64,000 nucleotides of DNA from a virus (lineage: Duplodnaviria > Caudoviricetes): IMG/VR virus record IMGVR_UViG_2744054452_000001, positions 1-64,000 of that record. One strand, written 5' to 3'. Positions 1 to 10,361 of the stretch are shown piece after piece. Position 1 is the stretch's first letter; the number at the start of each line of letters is the position of its first letter. The position numbers and the translations under genes were made by a program. The notes under the pieces were generated by a model. That model did no database searches. It worked only from the letters and a program-made list of their open reading frames with translations, and had not been told where the DNA came from.

Positions 1-1478
1 TCAATGTCGGGCACACGGTCTGCAGACTCGGAAAGCGACAGGTTGACCCCGTGTTCCTTCTCCATCTGCTTAGAGCAGGCGTAATCGAACGGCGACAGGT
101 TGTAGATTCGCGCGGAGTCGCGCAGGGCACCGGCTGCCTGCAGGGTAGAGAAGTTCACGATGCCGGCAACGCGATCCTGGCCATACTTGTTGACCAGGTA
201 GGAGATCACCTCGTGGCGGCGCGCGCTCATAAAGTCCAAGTCAGCGTCTGGCAAGTCAACGCGATCTGGATTGATGAAGCGCTCAAACAGCAGATTGAAC
301 CGAATCGGGTCAACGTCCGTGATGTACATCAGGTAGGCGATCAGCGAGCCGCCGACCGAACCCCGGCCTGGCCCCACCAGAATCCCATTGTTCTTTGACC
401 ACTGGACGATCTCCTGCACAAGCAAGAAGTAGCCAGAAAAGCCCATCTTGCGAATCACACCGAGCTCAAAGGTCAGGCGCTCCTTGTACTTCTCCATTTC
501 CTCGGGGCCAGGCACATGACCCCAGACCTTTGATTCAAAGCGCTTGCGCCATCCCGCCTTGCACGCATCCACCAGGGCGGCGAATTCATCGTCTGCCATT
601 TTGGGCATGCAGGGCTGCAGCTTCTGAAAGTCGTATGACAGGCCCGCAGCGAGGTTCTTGGTGTTGTTGCCTACCTGCGCAGCCAGAGTTTTAAGGTCTG
701 TCGCACCAGTCCTGCGCAGCATCGAGAGGATTTGCTTGGACTGCTCTGCGGCCGGCAGCAGCGTGAGGTCACGGGAGTATGGGCGGGCAAGCCATTTGCT
801 GTCGATGTTGTCATTGGTCATGATCGCGCGCAGCACATCGGTGGACAGCGCATGCCCCGTGCTTGCGTACATTGCGGGCCGCGTAACGATCAGCTTGCCG
901 CCGTGAGCATTGACGTGCTCGATTGCATCCCGGTTGACCCGGTCAAACAGGGGCGTGTCGATGGCGACGAGCTCGGTGTAGTAGTCCTGGCCGAAGCGAA
1001 TGCTCAGGGCTCGGTGAACCAGGGTCGGCTTCTTGGTGTGCCAAATAGAGCGCAGGTCGCCCGAGGTGACGACCACGTTTTCCAGCGCGAGCACGTCACG
1101 AATGCCAACGCGGGGCACGTAGTAGAAGTTTTCAGGCGTCAGCCCCTTGGACAGCAGGCGGTAGATCGACTGCATGCCCAGCTCGTCCTTTGGGAAGACC
1201 TTGATGCGAAAGGCACCGTTGTCCTTGTCCTTGATCTTCTCCTGGGGCTGATCGACCACGTTGATTACGACGCCAACAATTGGGGTCAGGCCGGCCTTGT
1301 GCGCCTTGCTGGTGAACTCCGGTGCGCCGGAGATCGTCATGAAGTCGCAAACTGCAACATGGCTGTAGCCGCGCTCTTTTGCGGTTTCGATGATCTGGCC
1401 AATCTGAAAGCTGGACTCCCCGAAGGAAAAGTCGGAGCGCACAGACATGGCGATTGCGGTAAGTTGTGGCGAGGTCAT
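1..1478 (-). CDS. dnaE: DNA polymerase III alpha subunit (5' part; runs off the left edge)
   Basis: Manual translation from ATG 1478: PHP-like start MTSPQLTAIAMSVRSDFSFGES, and near the left edge GPGRGSVGGSLIAYLMYITDVDPIRFNLLFERFINPDRVDLPDADLDF. ATGA overlap with the upstream gene. Absent from the ORF track because no stop lies in the window. Confidence 0.96.
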   Translation of the reverse strand, partial: MTSPQLTAIAMSVRSDFSFGESSFQIGQIIETAKERGYSHVAVCDFMTISGAPEFTSKAHKAGLTPIVGVVINVVDQPQEKIKDKDNGAFRIKVFPKDELGMQSIYRLLSKGLTPENFYYVPRVGIRDVLALENVVVTSGDLRSIWHTKKPTLVHRALSIRFGQDYYTELVAIDTPLFDRVNRDAIEHVNAHGGKLIVTRPAMYASTGHALSTDVLRAIMTNDNIDSKWLARPYSRDLTLLPAAEQSKQILSMLRRTGATDLKTLAAQVGNNTKNLAAGLSYDFQKLQPCMPKMADDEFAALVDACKAGWRKRFESKVWGHVPGPEEMEKYKERLTFELGVIRKMGFSGYFLLVQEIVQWSKNNGILVGPGRGSVGGSLIAYLMYITDVDPIRFNLLFERFINPDRVDLPDADLDFMSARRHEVISYLVNKYGQDRVAGIVNFSTLQAAGALRDSARIYNLSPFDYACSKQMEKEHGVNLSLSESADRVPDI

Positions 1479-2050
1479 AGTACGTTGTTGTGTGAAATCT
1501 GATCTTCATCCCGGAACCGTGGATGAAGCGTGATGTGGCCATCGTCCTGCTCGCGCAGAAGCAGGGTGTCTTGGAATAGCGTCAAGGCGGTGCTGCATCG
1601 GGTGCGTGCAGTCCCGTAGGTGAAATTGGTGCGGCCGTCTTCCATGAATGCGCGCACCAGAGCCTTCCTGGTGAGTGAGCCGCCGAGAAGCAGGTCAAAC
1701 AGAACCTGCTCCCATCCCTTCTTGCCTGGGTTGCGCCCACGGGCAAGGTCACGACCAGCAAGCGCAATAGACCCATCCTGCTTCTCTGCACGCGAGGCGC
1801 GCGCAGGCGCCCTCTTCGTCTTGGGGCTGGGTGCCCGGGCACCTTCAATCACAGCCACGGGTGGCGAAGTCTTCTTGAGGGCTTCCCCAATGCGGGCAAG
1901 CCTTCGGCGCTCCTGCTCAACCACTGTCGTCCCGCGAAAGCGATCCAAAAGCACATAAGCCCCCTCAACGCATGCGGCGCTGTGGGGGCACTTGCTGCAG
2001 GTCAGGCTTTTGTCGCTGACCTGCAGGGATGAAAAACACAATGGCTTCAT
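1475..2050 (-). CDS. hypothetical protein with N-terminal Cys cluster (possible Zn-binding) and possible C-terminal wHTH
   Basis: 191-aa ORF with a C..CxxC...C pattern, coupled to dnaE. Confidence 0.7.
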   Translation of the reverse strand: MKPLCFSSLQVSDKSLTCSKCPHSAACVEGAYVLLDRFRGTTVVEQERRRLARIGEALKKTSPPVAVIEGARAPSPKTKRAPARASRAEKQDGSIALAGRDLARGRNPGKKGWEQVLFDLLLGGSLTRKALVRAFMEDGRTNFTYGTARTRCSTALTLFQDTLLLREQDDGHITLHPRFRDEDQISHNNVL

Positions 2051-2088
2051 ACTGACTTACAGGCGGGCCCGGCCCGCCAACACTGCGC

Positions 2089-3366
2089 TCAGGCAAAGAT
2101 CCGATCTGCGAACTGCATTGCTGCAGTGCGGTCAACCGAACTGAGGCGGTTCATGTAAGCCTTCTCCAGGCCGATCTTGAGACTGCCGCGGGCGATACCA
2201 ATGCGGGCAGCGGCAATCAGGGAACGGGGGCTGATCGGGTTGGACAGACGGGCGCTGTCAAACTCCTTGCGAATCGCAGTGGCAAAGGACACCAGCTTTT
2301 TCGCATCAACCAAGTTGCACTTCGCGGCGGCGGCCACGACCGTTGCCTCCTGCCCTTCATCCATGTAGGGCATGTGCTCGACAATCCCGAAACGCTCGTA
2401 GTTGGCGGCGTTTTGAACAACCGTGCCCTGGTACAAGCCTGTCTCGTCGCCCTGGCCGTTGGTGTTGCCAGTAGCTGCAAAGCGGAAGTTCGGGTGAGGA
2501 AAAATCACTCGGTTCTCGGGGTCTGCTTCCTTGATGATGAGTGGCTTGCCTTCAAGCACGGCCTGGTAGAGCGAGAGCACTTCCGGGCGGGCGAAGTCGT
2601 ATTCGTCTGCCAGGTAGAGCCAGCCGTTCTTCATGGCCAGGGGCAGCATGCCTAGCTCAAAGATGGTTTTCCCGTCGCGCAGGCGCCAACCACCCACGAC
2701 ATGCTCTTCTTCCATGTTTGCGGTGTGCTGCACACGAATCATTGGACGCTGCGTGCGTGCGCAGATTTGCTCCCAGATGGTCGATTTGCCAGTACCAGCG
2801 TGCCCCCAGAGGTATGACGGAATGTTCAGCTCGATGCCGAGGGACAGTGTCTTGAGCACGTCCACATTGAATACGTAGTGCTCATTCAGCTCGGGGATGA
2901 AGCGAACGGAGCCATTCTTCGGCAGGTTCAGCACCGTGACAGGGATAGGCGCACCGGTAGTAGAGCTGCGGGCGGCCGGCGTGTCACCCAGCACGAAAAC
3001 CTCATGAAAGACGCCTCCTGTGCGAGGGTCGCCAGACACGCCGAGTTCATCGCCTGATTCAGTCAGCTCTGACTTAGTTTTTTCAGCGAATGACTTTGTG
3101 GCGTCAGCTGCTTCGATCGCCGCCTTGCGCTCTTTTTCGGCCAGGTGTTGTGCCATTGCTTGCTTGGCGTATGCAGAGTAAATCTCTTCGCCTGGGTACT
3201 TCTCTTGATACTCCTGAATGGTCATGACAGGCTTGCCGTCTGCGCCCTTGTGGTCGTTTTTCAGGTGCAGGGCAATGCTGTGGACAGGGGCATTGCAAAT
3301 TTTGCAGATCACGCGATCAGAAGACGTAGGCTGGATTGCGCGGATTGCATCAGTTGCTGCAGTCAT
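2089..3366 (-). CDS. CobS/MoxR-like AAA+ ATPase with N-terminal Zn finger
   Basis: Walker A GHAGTGKS, Walker B LYLADE, FAATGN, NAANYERF; N-terminal CxxC...HxxxxH. Confidence 0.9.
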   Translation of the reverse strand: MTAATDAIRAIQPTSSDRVICKICNAPVHSIALHLKNDHKGADGKPVMTIQEYQEKYPGEEIYSAYAKQAMAQHLAEKERKAAIEAADATKSFAEKTKSELTESGDELGVSGDPRTGGVFHEVFVLGDTPAARSSTTGAPIPVTVLNLPKNGSVRFIPELNEHYVFNVDVLKTLSLGIELNIPSYLWGHAGTGKSTIWEQICARTQRPMIRVQHTANMEEEHVVGGWRLRDGKTIFELGMLPLAMKNGWLYLADEYDFARPEVLSLYQAVLEGKPLIIKEADPENRVIFPHPNFRFAATGNTNGQGDETGLYQGTVVQNAANYERFGIVEHMPYMDEGQEATVVAAAAKCNLVDAKKLVSFATAIRKEFDSARLSNPISPRSLIAAARIGIARGSLKIGLEKAYMNRLSSVDRTAAMQFADRIFA

Positions 3367-3441
3367 TGGGTTTGCTCATAATTTGTTTCGACAGGGGGAA
3401 GTTTCCCCCTGGGTCTGTGGAACTCAGTTCTGACTTACATT

Positions 3442-5841
3442 TTATGCCAAAAGCATCGTCGTCAACTGATCCATCACCGTTGTGGGCAGATCGGACAGCC
3501 TCGCAAGGTTGATGCTCTTTGGATAGAACCTCTTGACGCCGACGTGCTGAATCCCCACACCGACCACCTCGATGCCTGAGCTGGTCACTTCATTGACGGC
3601 ATTGATGAGATCCATTGTCAGTGGATACCCGCCAGCAGCTGCAACGGCCATTGACCGGGCTTCTGATGTTGCATGGTCTGGGCAGGGGCATGCCGGGGAT
3701 CCATCGCTGAGCACCAGAACAATGCGACGGTCAGCCTTGACATTGGCAATTCTGCGAGCGGCGATGCGCAGGCTTTCCCCATCAACGTTCTCGCGCAGCA
3801 TGTAGGCCGCCTCATAGGTCAGCAGGTAGGCAATGCGCGACTGCTGCTCAAAGCTCAGGCGCTCCTCAAAGCCCTTGAAGACAGGCATATACAGTGGCTC
3901 AGAACGGGGGTAAAAAATGTCGCGGTCGAGGTCTGGACGCATCGCCCGCAGCATTTCTCCCTGGCGGTCTGTAGTGGTTGTGAACCCGATCACCTCGTGG
4001 GAGATTTTCAGGCGCTCAAGGGTGCTTGAGAGTGCAAATGCGGCATATGCAGCTGACTTGATACGGTTCTCGTGCCTCATTGAGCCGGAGCAGTCGATGA
4101 GCAGCGTCACGGCTGTGTTCTTGGCGCGAGTCGCATAGCGCTGACGGAACACGCGGTCATCGCCGGTCGATGTTCGGTACAGGGCACCTGGGTTGATTCG
4201 CCCGCGGCGCAGGCCTGGGTTCCACGTCACCTTGTCTTTCGCCGCGAGGGCACGCTGCAGCGACTTGGCCATGGGGGCGATCATCGGTGCGACGTGCGAA
4301 ACCATGGCAGCCACAACGCTGTCTGGCGCATGAGATTTCAGCGGTTCGACCTGGTCAAACTCCTGGCTGAAAATCATGTACTTGGAGCCATGGGCGCCAG
4401 AGGTTGCGGCGGCGCTTATCGCTTCTGACATGGAGTCATCGCTGATTGGGGTGGACTCAAACAGCTTGTCCAGGTCGAGCTCTTCTTCGGCCTCGTCATC
4501 TTCTTCCGCGACCTCTCCCGCAGCATGTGGAGTGTCATCAGGCATTCCATCGGTGCCTGGCAGTAGCGATGACGGAGCGACAGCGGGTTCGCTATCTTCT
4601 GCCTCCGAGGTTGATTCATCGTCACCGGTGCCGGGATCGGTGTCATCCGTGGTGTCTTCACCCGCGCCCATGGTGTCGTCACCCGCGGACGAGTCACCCA
4701 TGCCCGCGTCATCAGGATCTAAGTCGTCGTGCTCGCCATCACCGTCAGCAGGCGGCGATTCTTCTTCGTCCAGGTCTTCGTCTGTGGTTGCTGTGCTGGC
4801 GCTGCCCGTGCTGTCGTCCTGGTCGCGCTCCTGCTCTTCGACCGACGTTTTCGCCTCACTGCCCTCCCCGGGATCTTCTTCGCTGTCTTCTTCGCTGGCG
4901 CCCGCAGCTGCCTCTTCACTGTCTTCTGGCGGCTGGTCGGGCTCGGTCACAGACCCCTTGCCGGCATCTTCTTCATCAGGCTCGGATTCTTCTGTCGGTT
5001 CGGGCTTGGGCTTGGGCTCTTCTGTCGGTTCAGGTTCAGGCTCGGGCTTCTCGTCTGCGGGTTCTGGTTTGTCGTCGCCCCCGGCCTCGCGTTCAACGGA
5101 GTCAGTCATTTCTGACTTATCTTTTTCAGGCGGCTTTTTTTCGTCTGCCTTCTTTTTCTCGGCCTTTCGGGCAATCTCGGCGTCTTTGCTCTTGATGCGG
5201 TCGGTGATCTCAATGGCCAGTTTAAGGGACTCTTCTGAGCAGCTGACTGCCGCAACCTTTGCAAGCAGGTCATGCCCGATCTTGACCTCAAGCATGGCGA
5301 CGATCTCCTTGATCGGCTCGTTGCTTGAAATGAACTCCCTGCAGAGCTTTTGACCACCCCAGGCACGGAGCAGGTGAACCATCAGGTATGCAGTGGCGGT
5401 GCCCTTGTCGCCGGCTTGTATCGCAGAATTCACCTTCTCGGCAGCACCGGCGATCATGTATCGGCGCACTGCGTCAAGGTTCTCACCGGAGCCTGCGAAG
5501 CGACGTGTCATGCAGCCTTCGATGTACACATCTTCAATGATGTTGGTGAGACTTGCGACGGCAGAGCCCTTTTTGACTGACTTGAGCAGGGTGCGAGAGT
5601 CAGAGTCGAGGACGTGGCCAACTTCGTGATCCACGAATCCCTGGACGGCTGCAATCAGCTCAATAGGGGCGTCATCGGCCAGGAACGGGATGTTCATGCG
5701 CTTGATGTTCCCGCGGCTGTCGTACTCGACAAAGGCATCGACACCGCGCTGAGTGACCTTGATGGACTTCTGGGTCAGCAGGGACACCAGCTTAGTGATG
5801 GCCTGGCGAATGACTGCTACGTCAACATTGTGTTTGCTCAT
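3442..5841 (-). CDS. CobT-like VWA-domain protein with long acidic linker
   Basis: DHEVGH motif, D/E-rich linker, MIDAS DCSGS and SDGSP; adjacent to the AAA+ gene. Confidence 0.88.
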   Translation of the reverse strand: MSKHNVDVAVIRQAITKLVSLLTQKSIKVTQRGVDAFVEYDSRGNIKRMNIPFLADDAPIELIAAVQGFVDHEVGHVLDSDSRTLLKSVKKGSAVASLTNIIEDVYIEGCMTRRFAGSGENLDAVRRYMIAGAAEKVNSAIQAGDKGTATAYLMVHLLRAWGGQKLCREFISSNEPIKEIVAMLEVKIGHDLLAKVAAVSCSEESLKLAIEITDRIKSKDAEIARKAEKKKADEKKPPEKDKSEMTDSVEREAGGDDKPEPADEKPEPEPEPTEEPKPKPEPTEESEPDEEDAGKGSVTEPDQPPEDSEEAAAGASEEDSEEDPGEGSEAKTSVEEQERDQDDSTGSASTATTDEDLDEEESPPADGDGEHDDLDPDDAGMGDSSAGDDTMGAGEDTTDDTDPGTGDDESTSEAEDSEPAVAPSSLLPGTDGMPDDTPHAAGEVAEEDDEAEEELDLDKLFESTPISDDSMSEAISAAATSGAHGSKYMIFSQEFDQVEPLKSHAPDSVVAAMVSHVAPMIAPMAKSLQRALAAKDKVTWNPGLRRGRINPGALYRTSTGDDRVFRQRYATRAKNTAVTLLIDCSGSMRHENRIKSAAYAAFALSSTLERLKISHEVIGFTTTTDRQGEMLRAMRPDLDRDIFYPRSEPLYMPVFKGFEERLSFEQQSRIAYLLTYEAAYMLRENVDGESLRIAARRIANVKADRRIVLVLSDGSPACPCPDHATSEARSMAVAAAGGYPLTMDLINAVNEVTSSGIEVVGVGIQHVGVKRFYPKSINLARLSDLPTTVMDQLTTMLLA

Positions 5842-5876
5842 GGTTGATCGGTGTTTGTTGCTACAGACTTAATAGT

Positions 5877-5909
5877 AAAAAAGGGCATGCGGAACGTGCC
5901 CGCATGCCC
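5877..5909 (-). terminator. intrinsic terminator
   Basis: GGGCATGCGG stem with complement CCGCATGCCC and a U-run on the minus strand. Confidence 0.65.
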
Positions 5910-5930
5910 CCTAAGATCATCCTGAATTTG

Positions 5931-6161
5931 TCAGTTCAGTGTCTTTTCGGTCAGGTTGAATTTGACACCGATGTACTCGGAACGATCGCGCAACTCAAGC
6001 ATGGCACTCTCAACGCCGGACGGATCGCGCGTGATGTGCAGAGTCGTGTAGCGATCAATGGAAATTTCGGACTTTCCAGTACCAGTGCTGGAGATAACAT
6101 CGGCAGCTTGGTCAATGGTCATGCGCTCAAAGGACAGATCGGAGAGTGAAAGGTGCTTCAT
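5931..6161 (-). CDS. hypothetical protein (first gene of the leftward operon)
   Basis: 76-aa ORF just downstream of an 18-bp palindrome. Confidence 0.6.
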   Translation of the reverse strand: MKHLSLSDLSFERMTIDQAADVISSTGTGKSEISIDRYTTLHITRDPSGVESAMLELRDRSEYIGVKFNLTEKTLN

Positions 6162-6176
6162 CGGTGGACTTATAAA

Positions 6177-6450
6177 TAAGTAAAAACTGACTTATTAGTT
6201 AAACATTGTACGCCGTTCGTGACATGCCAAGTGGAACATGGGAGCGCGTGGCGGTGATCAGAAGTGAGCGGTAGCGATTCTAGTGTCTTCGGCACGCTTG
6301 TAACGGAATTGAACATATCAATGTTCATGTAGGTTAGTCAGTTTTGACACACTTAGGTTAAAGTTCCTAGTACCGTGTGTGTATAGAAACGCGGAGCCAC
6401 GCCGGTGCAACATATAATTTGCAAATTAAATCTAAGTCCGAACTGAATTA
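6177..6450. promoter_or_regulatory. divergent control region with three degenerate 18-bp palindromes
   Basis: Copies at 6177-6194, 6334-6351 (weak) and 6433-6450; AT-rich; lies between divergent genes. Confidence 0.75.
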
Positions 6451-6523
6451 CTCACAATGCAGTTCGTAAATCTTATAGCCCCGACCACAGGGGCAAGTCT
6501 CCAAACTTAAAAAGGCTTTCGTG

Positions 6524-7183
6524 ATGGCACAAGCGACCGATCAAAAAGACATGGCAACGGAGTCCGTTGGTGATATTTTCATCCGGCGAATGCACGACCT
6601 GAACCTGACTACCCAGAATGTTGCCGAGCAGCTGAATTTCAGTAAGTCCAACGTGATCTCGATGATTAGGTCTGGACGCATGCGACTTCCTGTGAACCGG
6701 GCAATCCTTGCGGCAAAGGAGCTCGATGTTGATCCCGTGTACCTTCTGAGAAGCCTGGCCCACGAAATCAAAGACAACGGCGACGATGACCGACTGCTGG
6801 AAATCCTCACGATCGCCCTTGGCCAGGAGCCACTGACAGAAGGTGAGTGGGAAATGGTCAAGATGTACCGCAAGGCAACTCACAAACGAGAGGTCGTCCT
6901 GTCGAGAGACTTCCCCGAAGAGTTTGAGCTGATGAACCTGGCACTTGAGGATGTAAGCAAGAAGGTCAAGAACGGCATAGAGAACTTCCAGCAGCGCAAG
7001 AGCACACGCCGCAAGACTGGCCCGGCCCAGGGCTACACACGCACAAAGCAAGATTTCGACATTGAGCGCCGGTCGCCAGTGGAAGAACTAACGCCAGAAG
7101 AAGCACTGCGCAGGAAGCAGGCACAGGAAGCAGAAGAGCTAAAAGCCCTCGTAGAGGCGCGCAAACAAGCTCAAGGAGGCTAA
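6524..7183 (+). CDS. XRE/cI-like HTH repressor
   Basis: LTTQNVAEQLNFSKSNVISMIRSGRMRLP is an XRE-type HTH; divergent, monocistronic, with its own terminator. Confidence 0.8.
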   Translation: MAQATDQKDMATESVGDIFIRRMHDLNLTTQNVAEQLNFSKSNVISMIRSGRMRLPVNRAILAAKELDVDPVYLLRSLAHEIKDNGDDDRLLEILTIALGQEPLTEGEWEMVKMYRKATHKREVVLSRDFPEEFELMNLALEDVSKKVKNGIENFQQRKSTRRKTGPAQGYTRTKQDFDIERRSPVEELTPEEALRRKQAQEAEELKALVEARKQAQGG

Positions 7184-7213
7184 ACCAGCTCCCGCCGTCC
7201 TTTCCCCACCACT

Positions 7214-7237
7214 AGCCCGCCATTGAGCGGGCTTTTT
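7214..7237 (+). terminator. intrinsic terminator
   Basis: AGCCCGC-CATTGA-GCGGGCT-TTTT. Confidence 0.85.
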
Positions 7238-7496
7238 CACGCCCTGACTCTGTTACAAACATAGTCAACTATATTTAATCATAGGTACATATATTTAAAT
7301 GGATGTACGTAGATGCTGATATGTGCGAATGTAGTTACCTCTATTTGGTGTGACTATGTTTAAATGCATGTCCATGCGTGTGAATGCAGGAACACTGGCT
7401 TAAATTAACTTGCCTCTGTGTACCTATATTTGATATAAACGCATGCAACGGGCGCAGCCGCGCCTGACCAACTTCAAATGCGCAGAGGATCACGTA

Positions 7497-8261
7497 ATGG
7501 GCAAGATCATCGCAATCGGATCGTCTAAGGGCGGCCCAGGCAAAACAACCGTCACAACCAACCTGGCCGCGGCCCTGGCGACAGCCGGCAATGAAGTCTT
7601 GATCGTGGACGCCGACAGCCAGCCTCACTCGTCGGGCTGGGGCGGTCGCCGCGCCGAGGCGCGCGATGCAGCTGGTCTCCCTCCTGACATCGTGACCGTG
7701 GTGAAGTTCGGCAAGATCGGCGCCGACGTGATCGAGCTGTCCAAGAAGTACGACTTTGTCCTGGTCGATGTGGGTGGCCGTGAGGGCACTGAGCTGCGCC
7801 AGGTGCTTGCGACTTGCAACCTGCACATTCAGCCCATCCGTCCCAGCGACTACGACACATGGACGGTCAGTGACATTCAGGAAATGATCACCAGCGTGCA
7901 GAACCAGACCGGCACCGAAGTGCAGTCTCACATCCTGATTAACGCCGCGCCCTCTAACCCCCTGATGCGCGACCACATCGACTTCCGTAAGGAGCTGGAG
8001 GACTCGTTCGACGGCATCAACATCCTGCAGACCGTGCTGCGCGACCGCGCGATGTACCGCCGCAGCGTTCGTCCCGGCAAGGGCGTGCTGGATTTCGCGG
8101 TTCACCCTCAGTATGAGAACGACAACGCTATCCAGGAAATGAAGGATCTCTACAAGGAGATTTTCGGCATCGACTGGAAGCCCGCTCACCCTGAGCACAT
8201 GAATCTGTGGGGCTTCGCTGCACCTAGCGGCCGCGGCCGCTCGCAATCTCAGGATAGCTGA
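7497..8261 (+). CDS. parA: ParA partition ATPase (short type Ib)
   Basis: Deviant Walker [28 protein letters not shown] before ATG 7497. Confidence 0.93.
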   Translation: MGKIIAIGSSKGGPGKTTVTTNLAAALATAGNEVLIVDADSQPHSSGWGGRRAEARDAAGLPPDIVTVVKFGKIGADVIELSKKYDFVLVDVGGREGTELRQVLATCNLHIQPIRPSDYDTWTVSDIQEMITSVQNQTGTEVQSHILINAAPSNPLMRDHIDFRKELEDSFDGINILQTVLRDRAMYRRSVRPGKGVLDFAVHPQYENDNAIQEMKDLYKEIFGIDWKPAHPEHMNLWGFAAPSGRGRSQSQDS

Positions 8262-9055
8262 TGAACGCAACCAGAGTCGCCAGGCCAAAACCAGGGCTGG
8301 GCCTGCTCGGGGGTGACGACGAGCCGACCATCAACGAAATGCTGGAAAAAGACCCTGATTCGGTCTTCACTGGCATGGAGGAAGAGCGCCGCAAGGTTTT
8401 GATCGAGCGCTTCGGTGGGCACACCATGTCGCAGCTCAACAAGGTCATCGCAGCCGAGTCATTCAGCCCCAGGCTAGACAAGGTGCAAACCTCGCCCAAT
8501 CTGGTGCAGGGCGTGACCTCGGGCCGGCCCGGGAGTATCAAGGACGTGGAAGAGGCTCTGGACGAGAGCCAGAAGTCGCGTGACGCACTGCGCGCGGCGC
8601 TTAGCCTGGCAAATAACGTGGGGCTGCCCAGCTCCGTGTTGAAGAAGGAGCCGCACGCTGCCCCAGAGGCGACGCAAGAAGTAGGTGAGGGGGTTGCCGA
8701 GCCCGAGCAGCCCAAGCCCGCTGCAGCCCCGCTTTTGGCCGCGCCCCCTGCGCCATCGACCCCTGCGTCTGAACCAGTGGCACCGGCCCCCGCAGAGGTA
8801 GCCGACCCACTGATAAACATGCGTTCCCTCTATGAAGAGGTGAAGCGGTCAAATGCTGCAGTGACCGGCGGTGAGCGGAAGCTGAATCGCTCTGTGAACC
8901 TCGACCCAGCAATGGTGGATCTGATCCCTATCCTGTGTGACCTTTGGACTGGCCAGGCTGGTTTCAAGATTTCGATGGCCAACCTGATGCGCAAGTACAT
9001 CAAGGAAGGTCTTGAGCGTGACTGTGAACACTTCCTGGGAGGTAAGAAGGAATGA
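8261..9055 (+). CDS. putative centromere-binding partner of ParA (C-terminal ribbon-helix-helix-like)
   Basis: Coupled to parA; disordered Pro/Ala region followed by NRSVNLDPAMVDLI...SMANLMRKYIKEGL. Confidence 0.6.
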   Translation: MNATRVARPKPGLGLLGGDDEPTINEMLEKDPDSVFTGMEEERRKVLIERFGGHTMSQLNKVIAAESFSPRLDKVQTSPNLVQGVTSGRPGSIKDVEEALDESQKSRDALRAALSLANNVGLPSSVLKKEPHAAPEATQEVGEGVAEPEQPKPAAAPLLAAPPAPSTPASEPVAPAPAEVADPLINMRSLYEEVKRSNAAVTGGERKLNRSVNLDPAMVDLIPILCDLWTGQAGFKISMANLMRKYIKEGLERDCEHFLGGKKE

Positions 9056-9771
9056 TTGCCCCCACCAAGAACGATAAGCAGCTGGGGCTTCTGGATGACC
9101 AGGAGCTGTCTGCCCTGGCTCACTCGACCTTCATGATTCCCCGTTACCTTGTCCAAGAGAGCGGGTTGCTGTCAAAGATGACTGCGACAGCCTGGACGAT
9201 CTATACGGTGATTCGGAGCTTTGCGAATCCTGAGACCGGGAGGTCTTGGCCGGGTAATGAGCGAATCGGGAAACTGATTGACCGGAAGCATGACGCCATC
9301 GGTAGGGCGCTGCTGGAGCTGGAGAAGCTGGGCCTGGTCTACTTAGAATCGAAGGTCGGAGCTAATGCCCGAGGTGGGCGTGCCTTCTATGTCGTTGATC
9401 GCTTTCCTGCGTATGTGCTGGACGAAAAGGGTCAAGACATGGTGCTGGGCGAGGTGAGAATTCCGTTCATCCCTGCTCGCAGCTTTGAACTGCAGGAGTT
9501 TGCGATCAAGGCGGCTGCGCTTTCTGACCCTTCTACGCTGGTCAACCCTAAGCTATCAAGGCTTCAATGGGTAAGATTCACGCATGAGGGTGTTCGTGTG
9601 TTCTCTGTTGCACTGGCACCTGAGCATAATTCGCGTCCGTTCTTCGCAGCATCTGGCGCTCCAATCGAAGTGATGGACGAATTCTATGCCGAAGAAAAGC
9701 GAAAAAGCGAAGAAGAGATTGCGAAAAGGCGTGCGGCGTTCCTTTTGGACAGGGATGACGACGAATACTGA
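9052..9771 (+). CDS. putative replication initiator (N-terminal wHTH)
   Basis: AWTIYTVIRSFAN.ETGRSWPGNERIGKLI...IGRALLELEKLGLV; followed by an origin-like region. Confidence 0.65.
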   Translation: MIAPTKNDKQLGLLDDQELSALAHSTFMIPRYLVQESGLLSKMTATAWTIYTVIRSFANPETGRSWPGNERIGKLIDRKHDAIGRALLELEKLGLVYLESKVGANARGGRAFYVVDRFPAYVLDEKGQDMVLGEVRIPFIPARSFELQEFAIKAAALSDPSTLVNPKLSRLQWVRFTHEGVRVFSVALAPEHNSRPFFAASGAPIEVMDEFYAEEKRKSEEEIAKRRAAFLLDRDDDEY

Positions 9772-9774
9772 TGG

Positions 9775-10090
9775 ACTTTTCCACTGTTTTCGTTAGACTC
9801 CTACTAACCACTAAATTAATATTAAAAACTAAGAATCCATAAGAAAACCTATAAATCTATCGGTACGCATAAAAGCGTAGTTTTTAGAAAGTTGGTACGC
9901 TTTTTCGCGTAATGTGTGGATATTGGTTCCACAGGTTAGCCACAGGTTTTCGACAAAATACCAACTGATTTTTGGCACTTGTCCACAAGGAAAAACGGGT
10001 ACGCAAAAAAGCGTGCCCGTTGTTGTTTCTGAGCCTTGAATTCCCACTATTCCAAATGGGTATTTACTCGGAAAAGCGAAAAAGCGTTAT
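9775..10090. promoter_or_regulatory. putative replication origin
   Basis: AT-rich tract, three TACGC-N6-GCGT inverted repeats (9864, 9896, 10000) and several DnaA-box-like 9-mers. Confidence 0.65.
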
Positions 10091-10115
10091 GGTTTCGCAA
10101 CCTTCAAGGACTTCG

Positions 10116-10361
10116 ATGAACATCCTGACCCTCGTATCTTGCGGACACATCACGCCGAAGGACGATTTTGCGATCATGATCCAGAACGTGACCACGCTGC
10201 AGGCGCGGCAGTTCGGCCTTTTGCTGGCACTTTCAAACAAGAGCGACGCCGTGTTTCAGTTCCTGGGCATGGACATGGAGAGCGGAGAAATGCTCCCCGG
10301 CGAGCTGGTCGTTACCTACGAGGATGCGTTGAAGGCCGTCCAGGCAAAGGAACAACAATGA
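10116..10361 (+). CDS. hypothetical protein
   Basis: AAGGA RBS, ATG 10116, ATGA coupling to the next gene. Confidence 0.6.
   Translation: MNILTLVSCGHITPKDDFAIMIQNVTTLQARQFGLLLALSNKSDAVFQFLGMDMESGEMLPGELVVTYEDALKAVQAKEQQ

Noticed and set aside
1132-1542. Track ORF suggesting a split or frameshifted dnaE
   Set aside because: It is an alternative frame; the PHP start at 1478 and the catalytic motifs near the left edge are consistent with a single dnaE frame
6310-6327. TGAACAT-N4-ATGTTCA palindrome as an SOS box
   Set aside because: Matches neither CTGT-N8-ACAG nor GAAC-N4-GTTC, and occurs once
7240-7440. AT-rich TATTTAA-like repeats upstream of parA as a centromere
   Set aside because: Plausible, but too degenerate to define by eye
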